Assembly: GCA_963803435.1 (NCBI GenBank)
Contig: CAWDML010000009.1
Location: forward strand, 1-64,000
Direction of reading: 5' to 3'
DNA: 64,000 nucleotides
Source: an uncultured delta proteobacterium
Lineage (GTDB): Bacteria; Myxococcota; Kuafuiibacteriia; Kuafuiibacteriales; Kuafuiibacteriaceae
Shown: in pieces, positions 9,122-17,977 of the stretch
How positions within the stretch are numbered: the first letter of the stretch is position 1
How the letters are laid out: the number at the start of each line of letters is the position of its first letter
Notes under the pieces: generated by a model
What the model was told of the DNA's origin: nothing
The model's database searches: none
Seen by the model: only the letters and a program-made list of their open reading frames with translations
Translations under genes and position numbers: made by a program

Positions 9122-11182
9122 CTATGTCGATGAAATCGCTAGAGACAGTTGTTTGGATTTCGGTCCTGCCGGGGTCGCGGGGTCACTTCCGTTGTGAAGC
9201 TCTTCGACCTCTGCGCGATTGAGTACCCAAGGGCCGTCCGAGAGCGGATGCATTGCCTTGAGCTCGCCCTGTTCAATGGCACGCCGGACGGTTTTGGACG
9301 TGACGCCCAGATGCGCCGCAGCATCCGTCAAGTTCATCCATCCATCGGCGTGCTGACGTTCTATTGAGTAGACGGGGATGTCGCGCTTGCTCCGAAGGGA
9401 GGTCACCAGCGTGCGGCTCCAGCGGTTACCGCGTGCTGTGAGAACGCCATTTCGATTGAGGTACGCGGCGATCAGTTTGTCGTTGCAGACCAAGGCCAGC
9501 TGCCGCACGGCCTCAACGACATCATCGCTGGTCTGTTCGGCGCCTTGCCCTCGTCGGCGTCGGCGGACTCGAAGCTCGCTGTGCATACCTCCCTTCCAGT
9601 GGATGACGAGCTCTACTTCGCTGCGATCGACGTCGAGGTCGACGACGAGTTCCTCGATCAGCGTGCGAATGATCCGCTTCTTGAGACGCTGCTCAGTCGC
9701 CGGTGCATTCCACACGCGGGAAAGATCCTCAGCGAGGCTCTGGAACGTGACCGGGTCCGCCGGCACTGGTGGCGACCGTGTCTGCTGCTGCTCGATCTTG
9801 ACCTCCAGATCGTGGACCTTCTGCAGCGCTACGTTCCACCGCCGCTCCAGCTCATCGGCAACGAGGCGATTGTCAGGATCGACTCCGTCGTACTGTCTCT
9901 GCGCCCGCTGCGCTTCGTAGCGGGCGGCCTTTAGCTCGATCCGCAGCACTTCGATCAGCTCGTCGCGCTGTTGACTCTCCTCACTCACAGCGAGCGCGGC
10001 GGCTTCGACAGCACCTGGCTGAACCACGCGCAGGATCTCTTTCGAGACAGCGTCGTCGATCGATAGGCCGCCGAACGAGATGCACTTCGGTTCGAGGTTG
10101 TCGAGCCTGCCGCGATGACACTGGTACCGAGGAATCGCGGCGTTCTTGCCCGAGTATGCGACCATGAGCTTGCGACCACAGCGACGGCACCGCAGCAGTC
10201 CGGCGAGGAGGGCCGGGCCCTTCTTTGCCGCGCCCCGGCGTTCGAATCCGGTCGAGTTCTCGTCGAGCATGTCCTGGATCCTCGTGAATTGTTCCCAGGT
10301 GATGTAGCCGGCGTGCCGGTCCGGGAGCAACTCGGTCCACTCATCGAGGCGCTTGCGGACGATCGATTTCTCGACCCGTCCGTCAACGATTCGCTTCTGA
10401 ACCGTGGTTCGTCCATAGGCGTACGCGCCTGCGTACGTCGGCTCCTTCAGGATGCTGATCACGGTTCTGAAGATCGGCCGGCGCCACCAGGTCTCCCATC
10501 CTCCTGATCCGTACCGCTTCGCCGGGAGATCGATCCCGTGTTCGATGAACCATAGAGCCGTCTGTCGTGCGCTCCCCAACTCTAGGAATTTTGTGAAGAC
10601 GAGATCGATCGCGTGCTGCACGCGAAGATCTGGATCCTTCTCCAGACGCTGGTCGGGCGTCTTAATGAATCCGACCGGCGCTTGGATCACCAACTCGCCA
10701 CGCGCGGCCTTTGCAAGACGTGCCGCGAGTGAGCGTTGCCGAAAAAGGTCGAGCTCGTACTCGCTCATGCTGCCCTTCAGGCCGAGGAGAAGTCTGTCGT
10801 TCGGGCTGCGCGGATCGTAGATTGTCTCGTGATCGATGAGCAGCGTGTCGACCATCCCGCACATCTCGATCAACTGATGCCAGTCCCGGTTGTTCCGTGC
10901 GAAACGCGACACCTCGGTTGCCGCGATCGCTCCAACTTTGCCAAGGCAGACCTCAGCCACCATCCGTTGAAAACCAGTGCGGCCGTCCGTCGTCGCCGCC
11001 GACTGGCCCAGGTCGTCGTCGACGATCTCGGTCTGTCGCCAACCAAGAGCACGAAGTCGATTCTCCATCCCGTACTGGAGTCGACGACTCTCCTCGTTGT
11101 GCAGGATCTGCTGATAGGACGACTGTCTCACGTAGACGATGGCGGGTCGTTCCAGATGCCCAGCACTAATCTTGTTGCTCAT
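9122..11182 (-). CDS. Large serine recombinase (resolvase, recombinase, Zn-ribbon, C-terminal HTH)
   Basis: YVRQSS catalytic motif, EVSRFARN, LLRCRRCGRKL...YQC, coiled coil and C-terminal LTDAAAHLGVTSKTVRR. Confidence 0.93.
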   Translation of the reverse strand: MSNKISAGHLERPAIVYVRQSSYQQILHNEESRRLQYGMENRLRALGWRQTEIVDDDLGQSAATTDGRTGFQRMVAEVCLGKVGAIAATEVSRFARNNRDWHQLIEMCGMVDTLLIDHETIYDPRSPNDRLLLGLKGSMSEYELDLFRQRSLAARLAKAARGELVIQAPVGFIKTPDQRLEKDPDLRVQHAIDLVFTKFLELGSARQTALWFIEHGIDLPAKRYGSGGWETWWRRPIFRTVISILKEPTYAGAYAYGRTTVQKRIVDGRVEKSIVRKRLDEWTELLPDRHAGYITWEQFTRIQDMLDENSTGFERRGAAKKGPALLAGLLRCRRCGRKLMVAYSGKNAAIPRYQCHRGRLDNLEPKCISFGGLSIDDAVSKEILRVVQPGAVEAAALAVSEESQQRDELIEVLRIELKAARYEAQRAQRQYDGVDPDNRLVADELERRWNVALQKVHDLEVKIEQQQTRSPPVPADPVTFQSLAEDLSRVWNAPATEQRLKKRIIRTLIEELVVDLDVDRSEVELVIHWKGGMHSELRVRRRRRGQGAEQTSDDVVEAVRQLALVCNDKLIAAYLNRNGVLTARGNRWSRTLVTSLRSKRDIPVYSIERQHADGWMNLTDAAAHLGVTSKTVRRAIEQGELKAMHPLSDGPWVLNRAEVEELHNGSDPATPAGPKSKQLSLAISST

Positions 11183-11660
11183 GCGCAGTCTCCTTCGTTG
11201 CGTCGGCGGTCTCGTGAAACCGCGCTTGCCTGAGCATTCGGGCGAGCAGCTTCCTCGCCGTCGCCCGTACGTCCGCCGGAAGCATCGACCACTTCGGCCG
11301 ATCCGTCGGCGGCCCGAATAGATCCGCTTGAACCGTCGAGAGTTGTCCGCCTCGCTGCCGCATCGATTCCCTCCATCCTTGGTTGGGATCGATCGTCTCC
11401 CGTTGGGGATCCATCCGCCGCCTCGTTCAGCAGGCGCCTCAGGTCACTCAACGCCGCCCACGAAACGTGCGGTTCGTGCGACATGCGCATCGCGCTGCAC
11501 CGAGCAGGATCGAACATCCAGATCGGGACCTCTCGGTTGTCCTTCCTATTGTCGCCGTCGATCTCGCAGCACAGGACGCTCTTCTTTCCGCCTCTCCTCC
11601 CGCGGACAACTACCGCCCGTCCGTAGAGCGGGTGCCACGGATACCGGACCTGCTGCTCGT
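11179..11660 (-). CDS. Small accessory ORF of the LSR element (DUF5372-like); start uncertain
   Basis: Upstream in-frame reading VRYPWHPLYGRAVVV...EVPIWMFDPARCSAM...AALSDLRRLL. Confidence 0.55.
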
Positions 11661-12109
11661 CCTCCGTCTTGTGATCATTCTGGTTGGGGGTTGTAGTACT
11701 CGACGAACCGCTCGACGACGCGACGCGCTTCTTCGAGGGAGGCAGGACTACTGATCCGGATGGCCTCCGACTTGATCGTCTTGTTCAACCGTTCCAGCTT
11801 CCCATTGGACTAAGCTGTCGAATGCACCCGATACGCGCGATCTGGCCCCGACGTTTTCGGGTGATCCATCCGTTTCATCCCCTGCGCGGGCGTGAGTGGG
11901 ATCTGGTCGCGTACCGCCGCAATTCTACCGTTCCGGCAAGTGTGGGCGAGGCCGGTTTTCGCCATCCAACCGCCGGATCTGCGTGCTCCGTGTGAGCTCG
12001 TCCCGCAAGGCCGTGGGGCCGCGGCGCGACAGGTGTAGGGGAATCAGATCGATCGTTCGTCCTATGCGATCCGGATCAACTGCAGATCCGAACTGCCGAT
12101 CATCAGCCC

Positions 12110-12349
12110 ATGACGAGGCGTTCCGGTTCCGCGCGATGGGCCGCGCTGGATGAGCACACTGATCCCGAAGTAGCCCTGGTCGAGCTGCGGGCACTGCTGC
12201 GGCGCGTAGAGCTCAACCAACTCGAGGCCAGCGACCACCCGAAGTTAGATGCGCTCGTGACGAAGTACATCGATGAGGCCGAGGCCGCGGGTCAGGAGGA
12301 AGTGCTCATAGAGCTTGATGATCTCGTGCAGCTGGATCCGCGGGCGTGA
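12110..12349 (+). CDS. Small hypothetical ORF inside the IS66-like element
   Basis: Helical-looking LVELRALLRRVELNQLEASDHPKLDALV upstream of tnpC; start uncertain. Confidence 0.35.
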   Translation: MTRRSGSARWAALDEHTDPEVALVELRALLRRVELNQLEASDHPKLDALVTKYIDEAEAAGQEEVLIELDDLVQLDPRA

Positions 12350-12370
12350 GAGCGCGATGCGGTGGTCTCG

Positions 12371-14311
12371 ATGAACGTCCGCGCCACTCTGACGCAGCTG
12401 CGAGACATATACCGTCTCGTCGATGAGCTGCCGATCGATGCCGGTGACCGGTCGGTTCTCCGCGCGCTCTTGTCCAAGGAGATCGCTCGTTGCGAGCGGC
12501 GTCTGGCGAGGATGTTGGCGAAGCTGGCCTACGTGGATGAGGGAGGTGAGGCGACCAGACCGATCATCGACGCCGAAGACGTGGTGGTGGACGACGACAG
12601 TGAGGCCGGGCGGGGGGAGACTGGCGAGGCCGAGGGCGCCGGATGCGGCAGCTCGAACCCGAGCCCGACCTCGGGGAGCGCGGACAGCTCCTCATCTGCT
12701 GAGCCCGAGCCCAAAGGCAAAGGCCATGGACGAAACGGAGCCGGCGCATTCGTCAACGCCAAGCACGTCTTCCACGCGCTGCTGGCTGGCGTCATCGGGG
12801 CGATCTGCGATGCCTGCGGCGTCGGTCGCATGTCGCGCTATCGGGAGAAGCTGATCGTCGTCATCAAGGGACAGCCGCTGTTCGAAGCCGAGATCCATCA
12901 CTTCGAGCAGGCGCGCTGCAAGTTGTGCGGGGCGATCGTCCGAGCAGAAGGAGAGGCCGCTTCCGTCGCGGCCGGCCTCGGCAGCAGCTACATCACCTAC
13001 GACTGGTCGGCCTGCGCCATCCTCTTGGTGATGCACTACTTCGCCGGTCTGCCCTACAAGCGGATCGAGTCTCTGCACGCGGGCTGGGGCATCCCGATGC
13101 CGGACGCCAACCAGTGGATGCTCGCGAATGCGACCGCAGATCTGCTGTTTCCGCTCTACAAGGCGCACGAGAGACATGGAATCCAAAACGCGCTCGCCCT
13201 TCGGATCGACGACACCGGCTCGATGATCATCGAGGTCCGGCGCGAGATCCGAGCCGAGATCAAGGTCCTCGAACGGCTCGGCGAATCAACCAAAGACGTG
13301 AGGACCGGGATCAACGCGACCGGCGTCTACCTCGAGACCGAGCAGGGCAAGGTCCTTCTCTTCTTCACTGGCCGCCACCACGCGAGCGAGATCATCGATC
13401 AGCTTCTCGAGATCCGACGGACCGCGCAGAGCAAGAAGAAGCTCGTGAAGGTCTCTGATGCGGCCTCGAAGAACTTCTCTCACGCTCATGGAGATGAACT
13501 CGAGGAGGCCGTCTGCAACGCGCACGCCTTTCTGAAATTCCGTGCCGTCAAGGACCAGTATCCGGTGGAGTACAGCCTCGCGGGTGAGGTCTACAAGAAG
13601 GTCTTCGACAACGATGACGCGGCGGCGGTCCGAGGCATGAGCCCCCACCAGCGGATGCTCCATCACCGCGAGCACTCGTTGCCCGAGATGAAGCGGCTCA
13701 AGAAGATGTGCAGCCAGAAGCTCGAGAAGAAGCTGGTGGAGCCGAACTCGCCGCTGTGGGAGCCGCTCACCTTCATCATCAACCAGTGGGAGCGCCTGAC
13801 GAAGTTCTGCGAAGTGCCCGCGGTCCCGCTCGACACCAACGTGGTCGAGCAGATGCTCATCATCCCGGTCCGGTACCTGGCCGCTTCCTTCGACTACAAG
13901 ACCCAGAACGGCGCCGACGTCGGCGACCGACACATGTCCTTGATCGCGACCGCCAACGCCAACGGCGTCGAACCGGTCGCCTACCTCACCGAGTGCCTTC
14001 GCCACCATGAGGATCTCGCCAAGCGGCCCGAGTACTACCTCCCATGGGCCTATCGAGAGCGACTCGAGGCACGCGGAGGGAGCCGACAGACGGCTCCACC
14101 AACGAAGCGAAGCTCCACCGTGCCGGCGGTCGAGCACCCTCTGCGACCAGGGACTCATCGAGCGTTTCGATCGAGAGCCAACGAGGGGACCGCTGACCCA
14201 CCATCTCCCGCCGAACTCGGTGATGTCGTGGCCGAGCGCCCCTACGCGACCTTCCGCCAGAGCTCCGGAAACGAACAGGTCGACGGATCGCCACCCCAGA
14301 TCAGGACTTGA
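12371..14311 (+). CDS. tnpC: IS66-family DDE transposase (divergent)
   Basis: KGHGRNGA, CDACG...CKLCG zinc finger, RIDDTG, VSDA, CNAHAFLKF, PLDTNVVEQ, SLIATANANGVEPVAYL...LPW. Confidence 0.85.
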   Translation: MNVRATLTQLRDIYRLVDELPIDAGDRSVLRALLSKEIARCERRLARMLAKLAYVDEGGEATRPIIDAEDVVVDDDSEAGRGETGEAEGAGCGSSNPSPTSGSADSSSSAEPEPKGKGHGRNGAGAFVNAKHVFHALLAGVIGAICDACGVGRMSRYREKLIVVIKGQPLFEAEIHHFEQARCKLCGAIVRAEGEAASVAAGLGSSYITYDWSACAILLVMHYFAGLPYKRIESLHAGWGIPMPDANQWMLANATADLLFPLYKAHERHGIQNALALRIDDTGSMIIEVRREIRAEIKVLERLGESTKDVRTGINATGVYLETEQGKVLLFFTGRHHASEIIDQLLEIRRTAQSKKKLVKVSDAASKNFSHAHGDELEEAVCNAHAFLKFRAVKDQYPVEYSLAGEVYKKVFDNDDAAAVRGMSPHQRMLHHREHSLPEMKRLKKMCSQKLEKKLVEPNSPLWEPLTFIINQWERLTKFCEVPAVPLDTNVVEQMLIIPVRYLAASFDYKTQNGADVGDRHMSLIATANANGVEPVAYLTECLRHHEDLAKRPEYYLPWAYRERLEARGGSRQTAPPTKRSSTVPAVEHPLRPGTHRAFRSRANEGTADPPSPAELGDVVAERPYATFRQSSGNEQVDGSPPQIRT

Positions 14312-14598
14312 AGCTCACGAGCGAGCAACGGCGAGCCCGGCTGGGTCCCGTCGCCCTCCGGCCAAGCCGAGAACGTCCCCTTCGAAAGACGCCGCGTGCA
14401 CAGCCAGAAACCCCCGCCGTCATAGAAGAGGATGCGCAGCATCTGCCGCCCTTTGTTGCGGAACACGAAGAACGTCCCGTCCATCGGCTCCTTCTCGAGC
14501 ACTCGACGCGCGATCGCCGCCAGCCCATCGATGCCGTTCCTGAAGCTGATGGACTCGTGCATCACCACGACCTTCGCCTGCGCAGGGATCTGGATCAT
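14242..14598 (-). CDS. tnpB: IS66 accessory protein TnpB
   Basis: SFRNGIDGLA...FFVFRNK...ILFYDGGGFWLCTRRLSKGTF. Confidence 0.92.
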   Translation of the reverse strand: MIQIPAQAKVVVMHESISFRNGIDGLAAIARRVLEKEPMDGTFFVFRNKGRQMLRILFYDGGGFWLCTRRLSKGTFSAWPEGDGTQPGSPLLARELQVLIWGGDPSTCSFPELWRKVA

Positions 14599-14987
14599 GT
14601 CGAACCTCCGCCGCACAGCGATGACAGCAGCGCCAGCGCTGCCGGCGTCTCCGAGAAGATTCGGACCTTCACGCCTGCCGGCGTCTCGACCTCGACGAGC
14701 GGACCACTCGAGGTCGAAGGAGCTGTCAGCTCGAACCGAGAGAACGACGGGATCGCTTCCGACCGCACTCGACGACGCTTCCGCGCCACAGCCTCGACCT
14801 TCGTGCCCCCGAAAAGACGCGAACGCTCCAACCTCGTTGCCCGGACCACCGCCTTCGCTCCATGAACCTCTATCGACCTGCGGGCCCGCTCCAAGAGCTC
14901 TTCGGGCACCGCCTCGCGAAGGTGGCGCTTGCTTCGCCTCCATCGAGCGAATGCCGTCTCGAGATCGGATGGGGAATCGACCTTCAT
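14595..14987 (-). CDS. IS66 TnpA-like protein
   Basis: ATGA-coupled to tnpB; FARWRRSK...VPEELL...VEVETPAGVKVRI. Confidence 0.7.
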   Translation of the reverse strand: MKVDSPSDLETAFARWRRSKRHLREAVPEELLERARRSIEVHGAKAVVRATRLERSRLFGGTKVEAVARKRRRVRSEAIPSFSRFELTAPSTSSGPLVEVETPAGVKVRIFSETPAALALLSSLCGGGST

Positions 14988-15489
14988 TGCTTGACCTCCT
15001 GACGACCGCTGCCGTCGGAGGCCAATCTACGACCTGCGTGCCCCCCAACCCGTCACGTTTGCCGGAACAGTAGCCGCAATTGGGGCGAGGACCGCGTCTA
15101 CTTTCACGACGACGCAAGTCGGCTCAGATCGCTACCGGCCTCGTGGACAGACGTGGTTGGCGAGGATCCGGTTGTCGTCGTTGGAGAGAGACGAGCGCTG
15201 TTCCGATTGGTGGAGCTCTTCGAGCTCGTCGCGTTGCTGATGGTTCCGCGATGCGGAGGAGAAGCCACCCACGCCCGATGGTCGTGCTCCCCCGACATTC
15301 GATGATCGCGATCGGTGGGAGCGCTCGAGTGGCGTCCATTGGGCCAATGAGCAGGCCTGGGCGTCGATCGCAACGACCAACATCGTCCTGCGGCTGTCGC
15401 TCGACCCTCTGCTCAGACGCAGCGTGCCGAGCAACAAGGGGACCCATCCAGGTCGGCGGCTCCTCCCGAATCGTGGTCTGTCGTTTGCG

Positions 15490-16395
15490 ATGGCGAGCGC
15501 CATGACGAACGAGATCATGGTTCTTTCTCTGGATGAGGTCGTGCCGGATCCGGAGCAGCCGAGGCAGTACTTCGATCGAGAAGCGATGGAGCGGCTTCGG
15601 GCCGGAATCCTCTCCGTAGGCCAGCTCCAGCCGATCCGCGTCCGGCGTGTCGGCAAGCGGTGGATGATCGTCGACGGCCAGCGGCGGTGGCTTTCGCTCT
15701 GCTCGCTCGCGAAGCAGTTCCCGGAGGATGAGCGCTTCCGGACAATCAGCGCGTTTGTGGGCGGCGAGCTCGACGAGGACCGCGCGTCACGACTCGCGGT
15801 GCAGGTGCTCAGCAACTGCGGCGAGGACCTCAGACCGACGGAGAAGGCGGCTGCCCTGCTCGAGATCCGGCGGGCCGAGCCGAAGCTCAAGGTCGAGGAG
15901 ATCGGTCGGAGGCTCGGGGTTCCGACGGGACAGGTGCAGTTGCTCCAGCAGCTGGCGACGGCTTCGAACTTTCTGAAGGAGCTTGGGAGCGGCGCGGAGG
16001 CGCTTCCTCTCTGGAATCTGGTCACGTTGGTGCGGGTGCATCGGAAGCTGCGGAAGTGGGATGACGAACAGTTCCGTGAACGCGAAGGGGCGCACGAGCG
16101 GGTCGCGGATCGAGAGGTACGCAAGCTGGGAGAGCGAGCGCGAGAGGGAAGTTGGGGGAAGCGGAGGCTCCAGGCGGAAGCGGAGCGGCTGGTCGTTCGG
16201 ATCACGAGGAACGAAGAGAGGGCCGAGGCGAAGAGAGAGCCGCTCGCGTCCATCCGGATGTGGCTGAGCAGGGTGGATGATCTGCCCGAGGGCGAGCGCG
16301 ACCAGCTCTGCGAGCTGCTGCGCGGTGCGCTGGATCGGTTGCGCGCACCCGCTCGCGATACGAAGGAGCGCCGAGCCGCGAAGGCGGTCGAATGA
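15490..16395 (+). CDS. ParB-like N-terminal domain protein
   Basis: PDPEQPRQYF, GILSVGQLQPIRV, IVDGQRRW, then an HTH-like segment. Confidence 0.85.
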   Translation: MASAMTNEIMVLSLDEVVPDPEQPRQYFDREAMERLRAGILSVGQLQPIRVRRVGKRWMIVDGQRRWLSLCSLAKQFPEDERFRTISAFVGGELDEDRASRLAVQVLSNCGEDLRPTEKAAALLEIRRAEPKLKVEEIGRRLGVPTGQVQLLQQLATASNFLKELGSGAEALPLWNLVTLVRVHRKLRKWDDEQFREREGAHERVADREVRKLGERAREGSWGKRRLQAEAERLVVRITRNEERAEAKREPLASIRMWLSRVDDLPEGERDQLCELLRGALDRLRAPARDTKERRAAKAVE

Positions 16396-16396
16396 A

Positions 16397-16795
16397 ATGC
16401 GGTCCGCGTCGGTGATCGAGGTGGCGGCGCCGGTGATCCGACCGCTGCTGGCGGTCGAAGACGTTGCTGCGCTGCTGAAGGTCAGCCGCAGCACGGTCTA
16501 CGGCTGGGTGGCCGAGAGAAAGATCCCGTTCCTCCGTGTCGGCGGGAAGGTCGTGCGCTTCGATCCTGACGTGCTAGCCTCCTGGCTGAATGAAGCTAGG
16601 GTGCGTGATTCCGGCACGGCGAAAGGAGCAATCGATGCCGGCACGCAAGGTGAACGGAAAGTGGTACGTCGACCTGTGGATCGACGTGCCCGGACAGGGC
16701 AGGCAGCGGCTTCGCAAGAAGTCGCCGGTGCAAACGAAGAAAGGCGCGGAGCAGTACGAGCGGGAGCTCGCCGAAAGCGCCTTGTCGAGTATTGA
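16397..16795 (+). CDS. Excisionase-like HTH protein
   Basis: LLAVEDVAALLKVSRSTVYGWVAERKIPFLRVGGKVVRF; its C-terminal tail overlaps the integrase. Confidence 0.8.
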   Translation: MRSASVIEVAAPVIRPLLAVEDVAALLKVSRSTVYGWVAERKIPFLRVGGKVVRFDPDVLASWLNEARVRDSGTAKGAIDAGTQGERKVVRRPVDRRARTGQAAASQEVAGANEERRGAVRAGARRKRLVEY

Positions 16796-17780
16796 AGAAG
16801 AAGTCCAAGCCAAGCCGGAGGTGACCTTCGAGGCGCTCGCGCCCGAGTTCTTGGAGCGCCACATCCGGGTCCAGTGCAAGTTCTCGACGTTCGTGACGTA
16901 CGAATCGGCGCTCGTTCAGCATCTGATCCCGACGTTCGGGAAGCAGCGGCTCGACGAGATCTCCGGTCGCGATGTCGCGGTGTTTCAGTCGGATCTAGTG
17001 AATCGAGGCCTGAGCCCGAAGACGGTCCGCAACATGGTGACGGTTCTGTCGAGCGCGCTTCACACCGCGAAGGAGTGGGGCTACCTCGACGAGGTGCCGT
17101 TGATCCGGTTTCCCAGGGTCGCGCCGACGCGCTTCCGGTTCCTCACGCCGGAGGAGTGCGTGAAGCTCGAGGACGTGGCGACCAAGTACTGGAAGCCGAT
17201 GATCCACTTCGCGCGGAAGACCGGGCTACGGATCGGCGAGATCACGGCCTGCGACTGGGAGCAGATCAACCTCGGCAACGGAACGGTGCACGTCGACCGG
17301 GCCGTGTGGCGCGGGAAGGTCTCCTCGCCGAAGGGCGGCAGGAGCAGGCTCGTCGATTTGTCGCCGAGCACGGTCCACCTCCTTCGGGAGATGTGGAAGC
17401 AGCAGCGGGAGCCGGCACACGGGCTGGTGTTCGAGAGCAAGCAGGGCGGGATCCGGCAGGAGACCAAGTGCCACCAGGGCATCAAGCGCGCCGCCAAGAA
17501 CGCGGGCCTCGAACCGTTCGGGTGGCACGTGCTCCGGCACACCTTCGCGTCGCAGCTGGTGATGGCGGGGGTGCCGATCCCGGTGGTCCAAAAGCTCCTC
17601 GGCCACACCGACATCCGGCTCACGATGCGGTACGCGCACCTGAGCCCGGGCCAGACGGCAAATGCCGTGGAACAATTGGATCTCGCTGGGGATCGAGATC
17701 GGCTTGGGCATTATTTGGGCATTGGGGCCTCCGGAGAGGGGTCCCAAAACCGGAAAAGCGTAGCTAAGACAAGGAGATAG
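16635..17780 (+). CDS. Tyrosine recombinase/phage integrase
   Basis: AAGGAG RBS; TGLRIGE, HVLRHTFAS, LLGH, TMRY give a full catalytic set. Confidence 0.95.
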   Translation: MPARKVNGKWYVDLWIDVPGQGRQRLRKKSPVQTKKGAEQYERELAESALSSIEEEVQAKPEVTFEALAPEFLERHIRVQCKFSTFVTYESALVQHLIPTFGKQRLDEISGRDVAVFQSDLVNRGLSPKTVRNMVTVLSSALHTAKEWGYLDEVPLIRFPRVAPTRFRFLTPEECVKLEDVATKYWKPMIHFARKTGLRIGEITACDWEQINLGNGTVHVDRAVWRGKVSSPKGGRSRLVDLSPSTVHLLREMWKQQREPAHGLVFESKQGGIRQETKCHQGIKRAAKNAGLEPFGWHVLRHTFASQLVMAGVPIPVVQKLLGHTDIRLTMRYAHLSPGQTANAVEQLDLAGDRDRLGHYLGIGASGEGSQNRKSVAKTRR

Positions 17781-17782
17781 AC

Positions 17783-17859
17783 TGGCGGGGCCGACGAGAC
17801 TCGAACTCGCGACCTCCGGCGTGACAGGCCGGCATTCTAACCAACTGAACTACGACCCC
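17783..17859 (-). tRNA. tRNA-Asp(GTC), CCA encoded
   Basis: GGGGTCGTAGTTCAGTTGGTTAGAATGCCGGCCTGTCACGCCGGAGGTCGCGAGTTCGAGTCTCGTCGGCCCCGCCA folds as a cloverleaf. Confidence 0.97.
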
Positions 17860-17977
17860 GCCGTGGGTGGATCGTCCTCTACGTCCTGTTCGGTGCCCTG
17901 TCAACGCCGATCGCCCGGTGGAACGCATCCGAATCGCCGGCTTGGGGCCTCCAACGCCTCGGCTGCCGGGGGCGCGA

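Larger units (their letters stand above)
9088..11695 (-). mobile_element. Large serine recombinase element with a duplicated TACAAC core
   Basis: GTTGTA at 9088-9093 and 11690-11695; removing the element restores the IS3 reading frame. Confidence 0.85.
8908..11810 (-). pseudogene. IS3-family transposase C-terminal remnant, split by the serine-recombinase element
   Basis: 11810-11690 reads SNGKLERLNKTIKSEAIRISSPASLEEARRVVERFVEYYN; 9093-8908 continues YNNVRLHSAIGFITPADQAAGRGPEIWKARDEKL. Confidence 0.85.
11925..15073. mobile_element. Atypical IS66-family element with an 8-bp TSD
   Basis: TIR CTACYGTTCCGGCAA at both ends; CCGCAATT duplicated at 11917-11924 and 15074-15081. Confidence 0.9.
11821..15305 (+). 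pseudogene. DUF5372 (Y4bD/Y4pK-like) gene split by the IS66-like element
   Basis: FRVIHPFHPLRGREWDLVAYRRN and WGEDRVYFHDDASRLRSLPASWTDV...LFRLVEL rejoin after removing 11925-15081. Confidence 0.8.
1..17782. mobile_element. Genomic island (right part), integrated at the 3' end of tRNA-Asp
   Basis: An intact tyrosine integrase ends 2 bp from the tRNA-Asp 3' end; xis-like and ParB-like genes lie upstream; almost everything to the left is transposon-related. The other att site is not in the window. Confidence 0.8.

Noticed and set aside
1-17782. Prophage, CAST or defence island
   Set aside because: No structural phage genes, cas genes, TniQ or recognisable defence genes in the visible part
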